Shown here: piece by piece, positions 37,059-47,044 of the stretch | Layout of the letters: every line of letters begins with the position of its first letter | Position numbering within the stretch: the stretch's first letter is position 1 | Source: Ignavibacteriota bacterium | Lineage (GTDB): Bacteria; Bacteroidota; Ignavibacteria; UBA10030 | Reading direction: 5' to 3' | NCBI GenBank assembly: GCA_003170475.1 | Contig: PMZI01000026.1 | Location: forward strand, 2,114 to 66,113 | Length of the DNA: 64,000 nt | Made by a program: the position numbers and the translations under genes | Notes under the pieces: generated by a model | The model's input: only the letters and a program-made list of their open reading frames with translations | Database searches by the model: none | Told to the model about the DNA's origin: nothing

Positions 37059-38978
37059 ATGAATATTTCGACACCAAAGACAATTCCCAGCTTGTTTGAA
37101 GAGAGCGTCGTTCGCTATCCGGCCAACGTGCTGATGTGGGAAAAACGAGGGGAGAAATTTGAGGGGAAGACTTACAAACAGATGCATCAAGCCGTCCACG
37201 AATGCGCGGCTGGCTTGATGGATTTAGGCATCATGCCGGGTGACCGGCTGGCACTTATCTCCGAAGGGCGCAATGATTGGGTGACCGCTGAATTGGGGAT
37301 GCTGTATGCCGGCGCAATCAACGTGCCGCTTTCTGTGAAAATCGAAGAGCTGACTGACCTGCGCTTTCGTCTGGCTCATGCAGGGTGCCGGATGGCGGTT
37401 GTTTCCGGGTCTCAACTGCACAAGCTTCGCTCCATTAAACGTGACCTGCCCGATCTCGAAAAGATCATCGTCCTCGACGGCGATGTCAGACGTGGGGAGG
37501 ACGAATTACCTTTTGCTGATGTCATTCAAGGCGGCAAGCGATTTCTCCAAAATCACCGCACCGAGTTCGACAGCCGCTGGCAATCGGTCCGGGAGTCTGA
37601 CGCGGCGAATATCTGCTATACGTCGGGCACGACTGCGGATCCGAAGGGGATCATCTTGTCGCACCGCAACTACACAGCGAATGTAGAACAGGCTTCGGCC
37701 TTGCTGCCAATTCCGGAATGGTACACTTCGCTCCTCATCTTGCCTTGGGACCATTGTTTTGCGCACACAGCCGGCATTTACACGTTGATGAAGAATGGCG
37801 CAAGCATGTCATCCGTTCAGATCGGAAAGACCGGACTGGAAACCTTGAAGAACATCCCGGTGAATATCAAGGAGACACGGCCGGCATTTCTTCTGAGTGT
37901 TCCGGCGCTGGCGAAAAATTTCCGCAAAAACATCGAGAAGGGAATCAAAGACAAAGGCCCGGCGATTGAGAAGCTCTTCAAGAGGGCTCTGGAAATTGCA
38001 TACGCGTTCAACGGGATTGGGTGGAACCGCGGCGAGAATGCTACCTTTGCGGCAAAAGTGCAATACAAACTTTTCGATTTTCTCATCTTCCGAAAGATAC
38101 GACAGAGCTTCGGGGGGCGACTGGAATTTTTTGTGGGAGGAGGAGCACTCCTGGATATCGAACTCCAGAGGTTTTTCTATGCGATTGGCGTTCCCATGTT
38201 TCAGGGATATGGCCTGACTGAAGCAGCACCTGTGATATCGGCGAATGTGCCTGCTCGTCACAAGCTCGGTTCCTCCGGTGCCATCGTGCCAAACCTCTTG
38301 GTGAAAGTCTATGATGACCAGGGGAACGATCTTCCGGTAGGACAACAGGGAGAGATCGTGGTGAAAGGCGAAAACGTGATGGCTGGTTATTGGAAGAATG
38401 AGAAAGCCACGAACGAGACACTACGTGACGGCTGGCTCTACACAGGAGACCTAGGATATCTGGACAGTGACAACTTTCTATACGTGCTAGGAAGGGCAAA
38501 GAGCCTGCTTATAAGCCATGACGGAGAGAAATACAGTCCGGAAGGAATAGAAGAAGCGTTCGTCGGCAATTCACGCTTCATCGATCAGATCATGCTCTAT
38601 AATAACCAGTCCACCTATACGGTGGCACTCATCGTTCCCAACAAGGACAATCTGTTAGGATACCTCAAGTCCCGCAATTTAACGACGCACACAGCGGAAG
38701 GACAGGAGGCCGCGCTGAGACTCCTTGAGTCAGAGATTGGGCAGTACAAGAAAGGGGGCGCATATGAGGGAGAATTCCCTGAGCGGTGGCTTCCTGCTGC
38801 CGTTGCTGTTCTGGGGGAAGGGTTCACGGAGCAAAATCATTTCCTGAACAGCACGCTGAAGATGGTCAGAGGCAAGATTACTGAGTTCTATCGCGATAGG
38901 ATCGACTATCTCTTCACAGCTCAAGGCAAGGACATCTGTAATCAGCAGAACAAAGTGATCGTGAAGCGAATGAACTGA
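37059..38978 (+). CDS. fadD: Long-chain-fatty-acid--CoA ligase (AMP-dependent synthetase)
   Basis: AMP-binding motif YTSGTTADPKG, GYGLTE and YTGDLGYLD motifs. The start is trimmed to MNISTPKTIPSLFEES; the track start is 36993. Confidence 0.8.
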   Translation: MNISTPKTIPSLFEESVVRYPANVLMWEKRGEKFEGKTYKQMHQAVHECAAGLMDLGIMPGDRLALISEGRNDWVTAELGMLYAGAINVPLSVKIEELTDLRFRLAHAGCRMAVVSGSQLHKLRSIKRDLPDLEKIIVLDGDVRRGEDELPFADVIQGGKRFLQNHRTEFDSRWQSVRESDAANICYTSGTTADPKGIILSHRNYTANVEQASALLPIPEWYTSLLILPWDHCFAHTAGIYTLMKNGASMSSVQIGKTGLETLKNIPVNIKETRPAFLLSVPALAKNFRKNIEKGIKDKGPAIEKLFKRALEIAYAFNGIGWNRGENATFAAKVQYKLFDFLIFRKIRQSFGGRLEFFVGGGALLDIELQRFFYAIGVPMFQGYGLTEAAPVISANVPARHKLGSSGAIVPNLLVKVYDDQGNDLPVGQQGEIVVKGENVMAGYWKNEKATNETLRDGWLYTGDLGYLDSDNFLYVLGRAKSLLISHDGEKYSPEGIEEAFVGNSRFIDQIMLYNNQSTYTVALIVPNKDNLLGYLKSRNLTTHTAEGQEAALRLLESEIGQYKKGGAYEGEFPERWLPAAVAVLGEGFTEQNHFLNSTLKMVRGKITEFYRDRIDYLFTAQGKDICNQQNKVIVKRMN

Positions 38979-39002
38979 AGGTTCGGCTGGCTCCCCCTTT
39001 TG

Positions 39003-40208
39003 TCACTCCTGATCTGGCTCGAAATCGAGCGGCAAGGCGTCCGCCGTTCGTTTCCATGCCCAGTACCCCCACGTTTTCGTCGGAAATGATTCGTCGATGA
39101 GCCCGCGCTCGGTGATGGTGATGGTGTAGGTATTCAATGCCAGCCATGAAACCTGAGCAATGGTCCCCGACTTCCGCAGCAAATTGAAACCGGCATCAAC
39201 CTCACCCGCGTACTCCACTTCGAGATATCCGCGAAAGGCGACTGTTTTGTAATCCGCCGAGTTGTCCTGGAGAATCTCATCCTCCGTAACAATCTTCCGC
39301 GACATGACCTGTTGATCGAGTTGCAGCGATCCTAACTCATGAGCGGCAAATCCGCTTCGTGTCAATTCCTTTCTGAAAAGACACGTGAGGAAGTGCCGAA
39401 GTGATCCCCGATAGGCGTGCATCCGATTCTCTCTCCAACGTTTCGACTCTGCTTCGCTCGAAGGCTTCATTTCGGTATATCGTGGCAAGCCTTCAACGGT
39501 CATCACATCGTTGACGACTTTGAACACCTTAAGGACAAACTCAATGTGATATCCTAGAGCGACGTTCTCGATCTTCAGGGGAGCACGGGCGGTTGCAGCA
39601 AATGAAATGGGTTCATTCTCAACAAAGTCCAGATTTTCTCCATTCATCAAAGTGCATTCCTTCGAGAACGGAGTCGTTCCCAGAAAGAGGTCTTTGAACC
39701 TTTGAAGCTGTTTTCGCCACTCCGAAGGATCGGGAGCAGAGATCAGGACCTCGCTTACTTCGAGGCTCGTCGGCTTCAGTCGGAGTTCCACTGCCTTTGT
39801 CCCGCCTTCTTTCACAACCACTCGCGAAGAGGAGACGCAGTACCCAAGGATCGACGCAACGATTTCGTAGGAACCGAGCGGGATGTTCCGAATCTCAAAT
39901 CGTCCGTTTGAATCCGTGCTTCCGCCAAGTGTGGTGTTGGCGATATAGACATTGACGTTGGAGAGCGGGGTAGAAGTGGAATCGTCCAGTACTCTTCCGA
40001 CGACCGAACCTTGAGGTTTCTGTTGCGCGAGAACGCTGCAGAGAAGAACAAGTACCCCGGCGCATGAGCAGAGGGTCACCCGGCGGACGGGATTTGATCG
40101 CGAGAATATGTGGATTATTGACGAAGACCTGTTCACTGCCATGGACGATGCTGTACCAGACAATATAGGCATACCCATCAACTCGCGCAAATTGCACCAT
40201 AAAATCAC
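39003..40208 (-). CDS. Secreted protein with N-terminal carboxypeptidase-regulatory-like domain and uncharacterised C-terminal domain
   Basis: Hydrophobic signal ([12 protein letters not shown]). CarbopepD_reg-like [10 protein letters not shown]...NVNVYIANT...[20 protein letters not shown]. The exact start is uncertain. Confidence 0.4.
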   Translation of the reverse strand: MILWCNLRELMGMPILSGTASSMAVNRSSSIIHIFSRSNPVRRVTLCSCAGVLVLLCSVLAQQKPQGSVVGRVLDDSTSTPLSNVNVYIANTTLGGSTDSNGRFEIRNIPLGSYEIVASILGYCVSSSRVVVKEGGTKAVELRLKPTSLEVSEVLISAPDPSEWRKQLQRFKDLFLGTTPFSKECTLMNGENLDFVENEPISFAATARAPLKIENVALGYHIEFVLKVFKVVNDVMTVEGLPRYTEMKPSSEAESKRWRENRMHAYRGSLRHFLTCLFRKELTRSGFAAHELGSLQLDQQVMSRKIVTEDEILQDNSADYKTVAFRGYLEVEYAGEVDAGFNLLRKSGTIAQVSWLALNTYTITITERGLIDESFPTKTWGYWAWKRTADALPLDFEPDQE

Positions 40209-40372
40209 GGATGGTTGTGTCGCCCCCCTTCTTTACATTCTTTTTATGTGTTTCACCCACCTTTTTACTCTCTCTTGATTGCCTTTCTGCCGCTGCGATG
40301 CCATTTTGGTTGCGTGAATTTTCTTATGAAAGAGCGTTGACGCAATTCATTTCCACTACAAAGGAGAGATCC

Positions 40373-40966
40373 ATGTTCCTCAAGTCCACTCGAACAGCGA
40401 TCATCACGATCGCTCTCTTCACTCTGATAACGGGTGTGATCTATCCACTCATTGTTACCGGAGTCGCGCAAGTCGTTTTTCCGGAGAAGGCAAATGGAAG
40501 CTTGCTGAAGAAAGACGGGAGGGTGATTGGCTCCGAACTTATCGGTCAGCCGTTCAGTGATTCGAAGTACTTCTGGAGCCGCCTGTCCGCCACGAGCCCG
40601 TTCGCATATAACGCTGCATCGTCAACCGGATCGAACTACGGACCGCTCAATCCTGCGTTATTGGATGGCGCCAAGAAAAGGATACAAGATCTCCGCGCCG
40701 CCGACACGTCAAACATGCAACCAATCCCGGTTGATCTTGTGACAGCCTCCGGGAGTGGCCTCGATCCACACGTCAGCGTTGCGGCCGCTCTGTACCAGGT
40801 CAAGCGGGTCGCGCGAATTCGTAACTTGGCCGTAGAGCAAGTTCGATCACTCGTAGAGGAGAACACGGAAGGGCGGCAACTCGGGTTTCTTGGAGAGCCC
40901 CGCGTGAATGTGCTCAAGCTGAACCTGGCACTCGACAACATTCAATCGACACGGGAGGCAAAATAG
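40373..40966 (+). CDS. kdpC: Potassium-transporting ATPase subunit C
   Basis: RBS AAGGAGAG. N-terminal TM helix and KdpC hallmarks ([45 protein letters not shown]). Length 197 aa. Confidence 0.85.
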   Translation: MFLKSTRTAIITIALFTLITGVIYPLIVTGVAQVVFPEKANGSLLKKDGRVIGSELIGQPFSDSKYFWSRLSATSPFAYNAASSTGSNYGPLNPALLDGAKKRIQDLRAADTSNMQPIPVDLVTASGSGLDPHVSVAAALYQVKRVARIRNLAVEQVRSLVEENTEGRQLGFLGEPRVNVLKLNLALDNIQSTREAK

Positions 40967-40967
40967 T

Positions 40968-41075
40968 ATGGACCTCATCTATCTCGGCACTACCGTTCTG
41001 TTCTTTGTAGCGACGTGGGGACTCATGAAGCTGTGCGACGTCCTCGGAGAAAACAAGTCGGAGGAAAAGCCATGA
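40968..41075 (+). CDS. 35-aa single-TM micro-protein encoded between kdpC and kdpF (not in ORF track)
   Basis: ATG 2 nt after the kdpC stop. The stop overlaps the kdpF ATG (ATGA). Product MDLIYLGTTVLFFVATWGLMKLCDVLGENKSEEKP has one hydrophobic helix and a charged tail. Confidence 0.3.
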   Translation: MDLIYLGTTVLFFVATWGLMKLCDVLGENKSEEKP

Positions 41076-41164
41076 ACTGGATCTATATCGTTACGGGCCT
41101 CATTTCGGTTGCCCTGCTCGTCTATCTTTTCATCGCACTCTTGAAACCGGAGATGTTCGAATGA
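41072..41164 (+). CDS. kdpF: Potassium-transporting ATPase subunit F (KdpF-like micro-protein)
   Basis: 30 aa single-TM peptide MNWIYIVTGLISVALLVYLFIALLKPEMFE. Its stop overlaps the kdpA start (ATGA). Size and composition match KdpF. Confidence 0.55.
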   Translation: MNWIYIVTGLISVALLVYLFIALLKPEMFE

Positions 41165-42903
41165 CAACGAATGGAATGCTTCAACTCTTTGTCTATCTGG
41201 CGGCGTTGGTGGTCTTGGCCAAGCCGCTCGGCGCGTTCATGGCCCGTGTGTTTCAGCGGGAGAAAACATTTCTCGATCCTCTCTTTGGTCCCGTGGAGAG
41301 GCTGATCTATCGGTTTGCCAAGATCAATCCGGACGAAGAGATGGACTGGAAACAGAATGCCGTTGCATTTCTCTTGTTCAATTTTGTCGGGTTGATCGTC
41401 GTCTACGCACTGCAGCGTCTCCAGCAGTTTTTGCCGTTGAATCCGCAAGGTCTTGGTGCAGTCTCGCCGGACTCCTCTTTTAACACTGCGGTGAGTTTTG
41501 CCACGAACACAAATTGGCAAGGGTACGGCGGTGAGACCACGATGAGTTACCTGACGCAGATGTTGGGAATGACGGTTCAGAATTTCGTTTCCGCCGCGGG
41601 TGGGATGGCTGTACTCGCCCTCTTCATCCGAGGCATTGCCAGGCACTCCGGGAAGACCTTGGGGAATTTCTGGGTCGACATGACGCGCAGCACGCTCTAT
41701 ATTCTCATGCCTATGGCTGTTGTTCTCGCCCTTGTCCTCGTTTCGCAAGGTTCGGTGCAGAACCTCTCACCCTACGTCTCCGCGTCGCTTCTACAGCCGA
41801 CGGCTGACACGAGCGGGGCGAAGGTTACGGAACAAGTGATTGCCATGGGCCCGGCTGCATCTCAGATTGCCATCAAACAACTGGGGACGAATGGAGGCGG
41901 GTTCTTCAACGCGAACTCGGCACATCCGCTCGAGAACCCCACCCCGCTGACCGATTTCCTCGAAATGTTTTCGATTTTGATGATCGCCGCGGCATTATGT
42001 TACACGTTCGGCAAGATGGTCGGCGACACCCGGCAAGGGTGGTCGCTGCTCGCAGCCATGATGATCATTCTTGTTGTGGCGCTCTTCGTCGCTTATCAGG
42101 CAGAATCGCGGGGCAACCCAAAGTTCAACGCTCTGGGTATTGACCAATTTGCTTCTGCGGTCAATCCAGGCGGCAACATGGAAGGGAAGGAAGTTCGGTT
42201 CGGTGTTGCTAACTCGTCACTATGGGCGACGGTGACCACGGCGGCATCCAATGGATCCGTGAACGCCATGCACGACTCGTTTACCCCCATGGGAGGTTTG
42301 GTGACGCTTGTCATGATGCAACTCGGAGAGGTGGTCTTTGGCGGTGTCGGTTCCGGACTGTACGGAATGCTGGTCTTTGTGATCGTTGCCGTTTTTGTGG
42401 CCGGACTCCTTGTAGGGCGTACACCGGAATACCTCGGGCACAAGATTGAAGCGTACGAAATGAAAATGGCTTCGCTTCTGATCTTGATAATGCCGCTCAC
42501 GGTGCTTCTGCTCACGGCGCTTGCCGTCGTCTCCCAGGCAGGGACGGGCTCCATCTCGAATCCCGGCCCGCACGGCTTTAGCGAGATCCTCTACGCCTTC
42601 ACGTCTCAGGGAAACAACAATGGAAGCGCTTTTGCCGGACTGAACGCCAATACCCCATTCTACAACATCACTGGCGGCTTGGCGATGCTGATCAGCCGCT
42701 ATTGGCTCGCGGTTCCGACGTTGGCACTTGCCGGGTCGCTCGTCCGCAAGAAGCTCATTCCGGTGAGCGAAGGAACGTTGCCGACGCACACTCCTCTGTT
42801 TGTTTTCTGGTTAATCGCAGTCGTTCTGATTGTGGGGGCACTGAACTTTTTCCCGGCTCTCGCGCTGGGACCGATTGTTGAACACTTAATGATGATGCAA
42901 TAG
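41161..42903 (+). CDS. kdpA: Potassium-transporting ATPase subunit A
   Basis: 580 aa polytopic protein. N-terminus LQLFVYLAALVVLAKPLG... is KdpA-like. Four MPM selectivity-filter-like repeats with GG motifs (NWQGYGGE, GTNGGGFF, etc). Confidence 0.9.
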   Translation: MTTNGMLQLFVYLAALVVLAKPLGAFMARVFQREKTFLDPLFGPVERLIYRFAKINPDEEMDWKQNAVAFLLFNFVGLIVVYALQRLQQFLPLNPQGLGAVSPDSSFNTAVSFATNTNWQGYGGETTMSYLTQMLGMTVQNFVSAAGGMAVLALFIRGIARHSGKTLGNFWVDMTRSTLYILMPMAVVLALVLVSQGSVQNLSPYVSASLLQPTADTSGAKVTEQVIAMGPAASQIAIKQLGTNGGGFFNANSAHPLENPTPLTDFLEMFSILMIAAALCYTFGKMVGDTRQGWSLLAAMMIILVVALFVAYQAESRGNPKFNALGIDQFASAVNPGGNMEGKEVRFGVANSSLWATVTTAASNGSVNAMHDSFTPMGGLVTLVMMQLGEVVFGGVGSGLYGMLVFVIVAVFVAGLLVGRTPEYLGHKIEAYEMKMASLLILIMPLTVLLLTALAVVSQAGTGSISNPGPHGFSEILYAFTSQGNNNGSAFAGLNANTPFYNITGGLAMLISRYWLAVPTLALAGSLVRKKLIPVSEGTLPTHTPLFVFWLIAVVLIVGALNFFPALALGPIVEHLMMMQ

Positions 42904-42926
42904 GACCCTGAAAGGGAAATGAAGGA

Positions 42927-45029
42927 ATGACAACTCAGACAATACAAGACCTGAAGAAACCCGTGGGACTAACATCCGGAATGTATCGTCGCGCGCTCGT
43001 GGACTCCCTCATGAAGCTCAATCCGCGTTGGATGGCCCGCAATCCGGTCATGTTCGTCGTTGAGGTCGGAAGCGTCCTCACGACGGCGCTCTGGATCAAG
43101 GCATTAGCGGGTACAGGTGAAGCTCCCGCATGGTACATAGGGAGTGTCTCACTGTGGCTCTGGTTCACCGTTCTCTTCGCGAACTTCTCGGAAGCCCTGG
43201 CTGAGGGCAGGGGGAAGGCGCAAGCAGACGCATTGCGGCGTTCGCGTCGCGACACAAAAGCCAAATTGATGTCCGCACTGCGTGATCGTTCAAAGTTCAA
43301 CTTGATTTCGTCGACCGAACTCAAGAAGGGAGACTTGTTTCTCGTCGAGACGGGCGATACCATCGCAGCCGATGGCGAGGTGATTGAGGGAGTCGCATCG
43401 GTGGACGAGAGCGCCATCACGGGAGAGAGTGCTCCGGTGATCCGTGAATCCGGCGGTGATCGAAGTGCCGTCACGGGTGGAACTCGAGTCCTCTCTGACT
43501 GGCTGGTTGTACGAGTCACATCGGAACCAGGGGGCGGATTCCTTGACAGAATGATCAAATTGATTGAAGGAGCAAAACGGCAAAAAACTCCGAACGAGAT
43601 TGCACTGAACATCCTTCTTGCCGCGTTTACGATCATCTTCCTCGTCGTGTGCGTCACCTTGTTGCCGTACTCCATCTTCAGTGTCACGGCAGTGGGTCAG
43701 GGTACCCCCGTTACGATCACGGTTCTCGTTGCGCTATTGGTGTGTCTGATTCCTACCACCATCGGCGGACTGCTCTCCGCAATCGGTATTGCAGGAATGG
43801 ATCGCATGATTCGCCACAACGTGATTGCGACATCCGGTAGGGCGATTGAGGCGGCGGGAGACGTTGATGTTCTCTTGCTGGACAAGACTGGCACGGTCAC
43901 TCTGGGAAACCGCATGGCCACTGAATTCACGCCTGCACCCGGGATTTCAAAAGAGCGACTCGCTGACGCCGCCCAACTTGCGTCACTCGCAGATGAAACT
44001 CCCGAAGGTCGATCCATTGTGGTGCTTGCAAAAGAGAAATATGGATTGCGGGGGAGAGACATTCATCAAATCTCTGCTCAGTTTGTTCCTTTCAGCGCTC
44101 AGACCCGGATGAGTGGAGCCGACATCCAATCCGATGGCAAGAACTCCCGAAGGATTATCCGCAAGGGTGCCGCGGATGCAATCAAGAACTTCATCGAGCA
44201 ACAGGGAGGGGTGTATCCCGCCCAGGTTCTGCAGATCGTTCAAGAGATCAGCAAGATGGGAGCGACGCCCCTTGTCGTTTCGGAGAATACGGAAGTCCTC
44301 GGGGTGATACATTTGAAAGATATCGTGAAAGGCGGAATCAAAGAACGGTTCGCTCATCTCCGCAAGATGGGAATCAAGACGGTCATGATCACCGGTGACA
44401 ATATACTTACTGCGACCGCCATCGCAGCAGAGGCCGGCGTCGACGATTTCCTGGCTGAAGCAAAACCAGAGGACAAACTGAAACTGATCCGTGACTATCA
44501 GAAAGGGGGACGGCTTGTAGCGATGACCGGTGACGGTACAAATGATGCACCCGCTCTCGCTCAGGCAGATGTTGCTGTTGCCATGAATACGGGGACGCAG
44601 TCAGCCCGCGAAGCGGCAAACATGATCGACCTGGACAGCAATCCCACCAAACTTCTGGAAATCGTAGAGATTGGCAAACAGCTGCTCATGACACGCGGGA
44701 CGTTGACGACATTCAGCATTGCGAACGACGTCGCCAAATACTTTGCGATCATCCCGGCTGCATTCGCAACCACGTATCCGGCGTTGAATGCACTGAATGT
44801 CATGCACCTCGCAACTCCCGAGAGCGCCATCCTTTCTGCCGTCATCTTTAACGCGCTGATCATCGTCGCGCTGATTCCTTTGGCCTTGAAAGGAGTCAAG
44901 TATCGTCCTATCAGCGCCGTGCACTTGCTCCGCAGGCATCTCCTTATCTACGGCGTGGGCGGTGTCATAGCGCCGTTTGCTGGCATCAAACTTATCGACA
45001 TGCTCCTGAAGGGAATGAATCTCTCGTGA
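42927..45029 (+). CDS. kdpB: Potassium-transporting P-type ATPase subunit B
   Basis: [10 protein letters not shown] phosphorylation motif, TGDN and [10 protein letters not shown] hinge motifs. About 700 aa, the typical KdpB length. Confidence 0.95.
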   Translation: MTTQTIQDLKKPVGLTSGMYRRALVDSLMKLNPRWMARNPVMFVVEVGSVLTTALWIKALAGTGEAPAWYIGSVSLWLWFTVLFANFSEALAEGRGKAQADALRRSRRDTKAKLMSALRDRSKFNLISSTELKKGDLFLVETGDTIAADGEVIEGVASVDESAITGESAPVIRESGGDRSAVTGGTRVLSDWLVVRVTSEPGGGFLDRMIKLIEGAKRQKTPNEIALNILLAAFTIIFLVVCVTLLPYSIFSVTAVGQGTPVTITVLVALLVCLIPTTIGGLLSAIGIAGMDRMIRHNVIATSGRAIEAAGDVDVLLLDKTGTVTLGNRMATEFTPAPGISKERLADAAQLASLADETPEGRSIVVLAKEKYGLRGRDIHQISAQFVPFSAQTRMSGADIQSDGKNSRRIIRKGAADAIKNFIEQQGGVYPAQVLQIVQEISKMGATPLVVSENTEVLGVIHLKDIVKGGIKERFAHLRKMGIKTVMITGDNILTATAIAAEAGVDDFLAEAKPEDKLKLIRDYQKGGRLVAMTGDGTNDAPALAQADVAVAMNTGTQSAREAANMIDLDSNPTKLLEIVEIGKQLLMTRGTLTTFSIANDVAKYFAIIPAAFATTYPALNALNVMHLATPESAILSAVIFNALIIVALIPLALKGVKYRPISAVHLLRRHLLIYGVGGVIAPFAGIKLIDMLLKGMNLS

Positions 45030-45085
45030 CCTTCTTGGAGAATGAAACTCACGAGAGTACTAGACAAAACACTTGGAAAGGGATT

Positions 45086-46417
45086 ATGAAACGATTTATT
45101 CTTCTCTTGGTCTCAATGTCGTCGTTGTGTTTTGGCCAAACAGATTCTGCGAAGACGACTTCTGCAGAACAGATTGCCAGCGAACCATTCGCTTGGGGCG
45201 ATTTCACATGGCTCCAAGGAAATAGCCGCCTTCACAGGCAGGTGCTCGACTCGAAGTACTTCACCGGTGATATGACGATGGATATGAACTACAATTTCAA
45301 TTTCAATCATCCGATAGACCATACCAATGCGGGATCCACAGCGACTTTTCGTTCTGACGAATTCAATGTCTCCTACATTGAAGTCGGCGGTGACTTTCAT
45401 GATCCTGAAAGCGGTGCACGGGGGCGACTGATGCTACAGTTCGGCACCCGCGCGACAGGTGTTCCGCGCAATGACGCCACTCCGCTGAGAGGTCAGTTTG
45501 ACTTGTACACCGCCCTGCGATTTGTGACCGAAGGATATGTCGGCATGCATCTCAACTCAATGCATGGTATCAATATCGATGTGGGTATATTCAAGTCGTA
45601 TGTCGGACTCATGGGGTACAACAACTTTGAAAACTGGAACTATCAGAATTCCTTCACCTCTGACAATACACCCTGGTTCTTTACGGGAATACGCATACAG
45701 ACTTTTCCTACTGACAAACTAAAACTGGAATACTGGATCATCAACGGATGGCAAACGTACGCCATGTTCAATCAGCAGCCGGGTTTGGGTTTCCAAACAG
45801 TCTATCGCCCGGAAGAGTGGCTCTCTATCCTCGCAAGCGCATATGGCGGATGGGACACTCCCAATACACCCGGACGTTTCCGGTTTCACAGCGACAACAG
45901 TGTGATTGTTCGTTATCGTCAAGCACCGGGTGCCTCGATTCCCAAGGCTGCATTCTCCTTTACCGGAGATATTGGCTTTGAGAATGGCGGCGGTGTGAAA
46001 CCTTTCAACGGCGACGCAACCACTCCCGCACAGAATTTTCTGAGTTGGATGTTTTATCACCGGCTCTGGCTTGGTGAACAAGAGCACTTTGCCTGGACCT
46101 TTGGTGGAGGCATGCTCCATAATCCCGGGCGGTATCTGGCTTTGCTCCCTACCGGCGCAGGAGTTCTGACTCAAAACCCTGGCGATCAGTTTGACGCCTG
46201 GGATTTCTCCACCGGCATTCAGTATATGCCCGGAGAACACGTCACGTGGGGTCTTGAATTTGTTCATCGCCAGGCGTCTGTCCCATATTTCGCAGGACAC
46301 GGTGGACTCACATCACCCAATGGTTGGAATCCTCCGATTGGAGACCCGACCGGTTTCGTCGCCGATCTCGTCACCAGCGAAAATCGGATCATCGGTTCGA
46401 TCATCGTCCGTTTCTAG
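45086..46417 (+). CDS. Outer-membrane beta-barrel porin embedded in kdp operon
   Basis: Signal peptide (ILLLVSMSSLCFGQ). Alternating amphipathic beta-strand pattern, aromatic-rich sequence and C-terminal Phe (IIVRF). ATGA overlap with the kdpB stop. Confidence 0.55.
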   Translation: MKRFILLLVSMSSLCFGQTDSAKTTSAEQIASEPFAWGDFTWLQGNSRLHRQVLDSKYFTGDMTMDMNYNFNFNHPIDHTNAGSTATFRSDEFNVSYIEVGGDFHDPESGARGRLMLQFGTRATGVPRNDATPLRGQFDLYTALRFVTEGYVGMHLNSMHGINIDVGIFKSYVGLMGYNNFENWNYQNSFTSDNTPWFFTGIRIQTFPTDKLKLEYWIINGWQTYAMFNQQPGLGFQTVYRPEEWLSILASAYGGWDTPNTPGRFRFHSDNSVIVRYRQAPGASIPKAAFSFTGDIGFENGGGVKPFNGDATTPAQNFLSWMFYHRLWLGEQEHFAWTFGGGMLHNPGRYLALLPTGAGVLTQNPGDQFDAWDFSTGIQYMPGEHVTWGLEFVHRQASVPYFAGHGGLTSPNGWNPPIGDPTGFVADLVTSENRIIGSIIVRF

Positions 46418-46500
46418 AGGACGGAAGGCTCAATAGGGGCGATCAGTTCCATACTTGCTACAGGCCATGACTCGGCAATTCCAAAATCTCGCGTGAGAGG

Positions 46501-46911
46501 ATGAAAAACCAGACAAACGCCATGGAGCATTTCCTGGTCAATAGAGGGAGATCCATGCCTCGGTATCCTGAATTCCAGATTATGTCTCGAATGAAAGGCG
46601 TACCTATTAGAGTGACAATTGGCCCGTTCATGATTGGAGGGAATGGCCCGATCTATGATCTTCCATTGATCGAATTGAAGAGAGACGGAAGAGTATATCT
46701 CACATTTCCTGAGGGGACGAGGCCGAATGTCGGAGATGTCTATCGGATTGTACGGCCGGTAGGATTTTATGGAGATGACTACTCTTCGTTTGGACGTCCA
46801 AGAAAAACTGCTGCAAAGGTGAAAATCCTCGGGGCTTCGGGCGGCACGCGCGCTGAGGTACAAATCCTGAAAGGATCGATCATCAGAGGCATGAGTGCAG
46901 AGAAGGACTGA
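46501..46911 (+). CDS. Hypothetical protein between porin and kdpD
   Basis: Same-strand ORF with beta-rich, protein-like composition. The opposite-strand ORF (46414-46926) is Cys/His/Arg-rich junk-like. The start is uncertain. Confidence 0.25.
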   Translation: MKNQTNAMEHFLVNRGRSMPRYPEFQIMSRMKGVPIRVTIGPFMIGGNGPIYDLPLIELKRDGRVYLTFPEGTRPNVGDVYRIVRPVGFYGDDYSSFGRPRKTAAKVKILGASGGTRAEVQILKGSIIRGMSAEKD

Positions 46912-47044
46912 TCGTGCAATGAGCACATGAATGAAACGCCGTCCGTTGTTGCACTTCTCGTTGGCATCGAAGGGGACTTCAATGGAGATTCAGGTCTGTA
47001 TGCCGCAATGATTCTGACGCTTAATCTTTATATATTACCGACAA

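Noticed and set aside
46414-46926. Minus-strand 170-aa ORF opposite the 46501-46911 hypothetical.
   Set aside because: Composition is Cys/His/Arg/Ser-rich and unprotein-like. The plus-strand frame is co-directional with the kdp operon and has a more plausible composition. I cannot exclude that both are non-coding.
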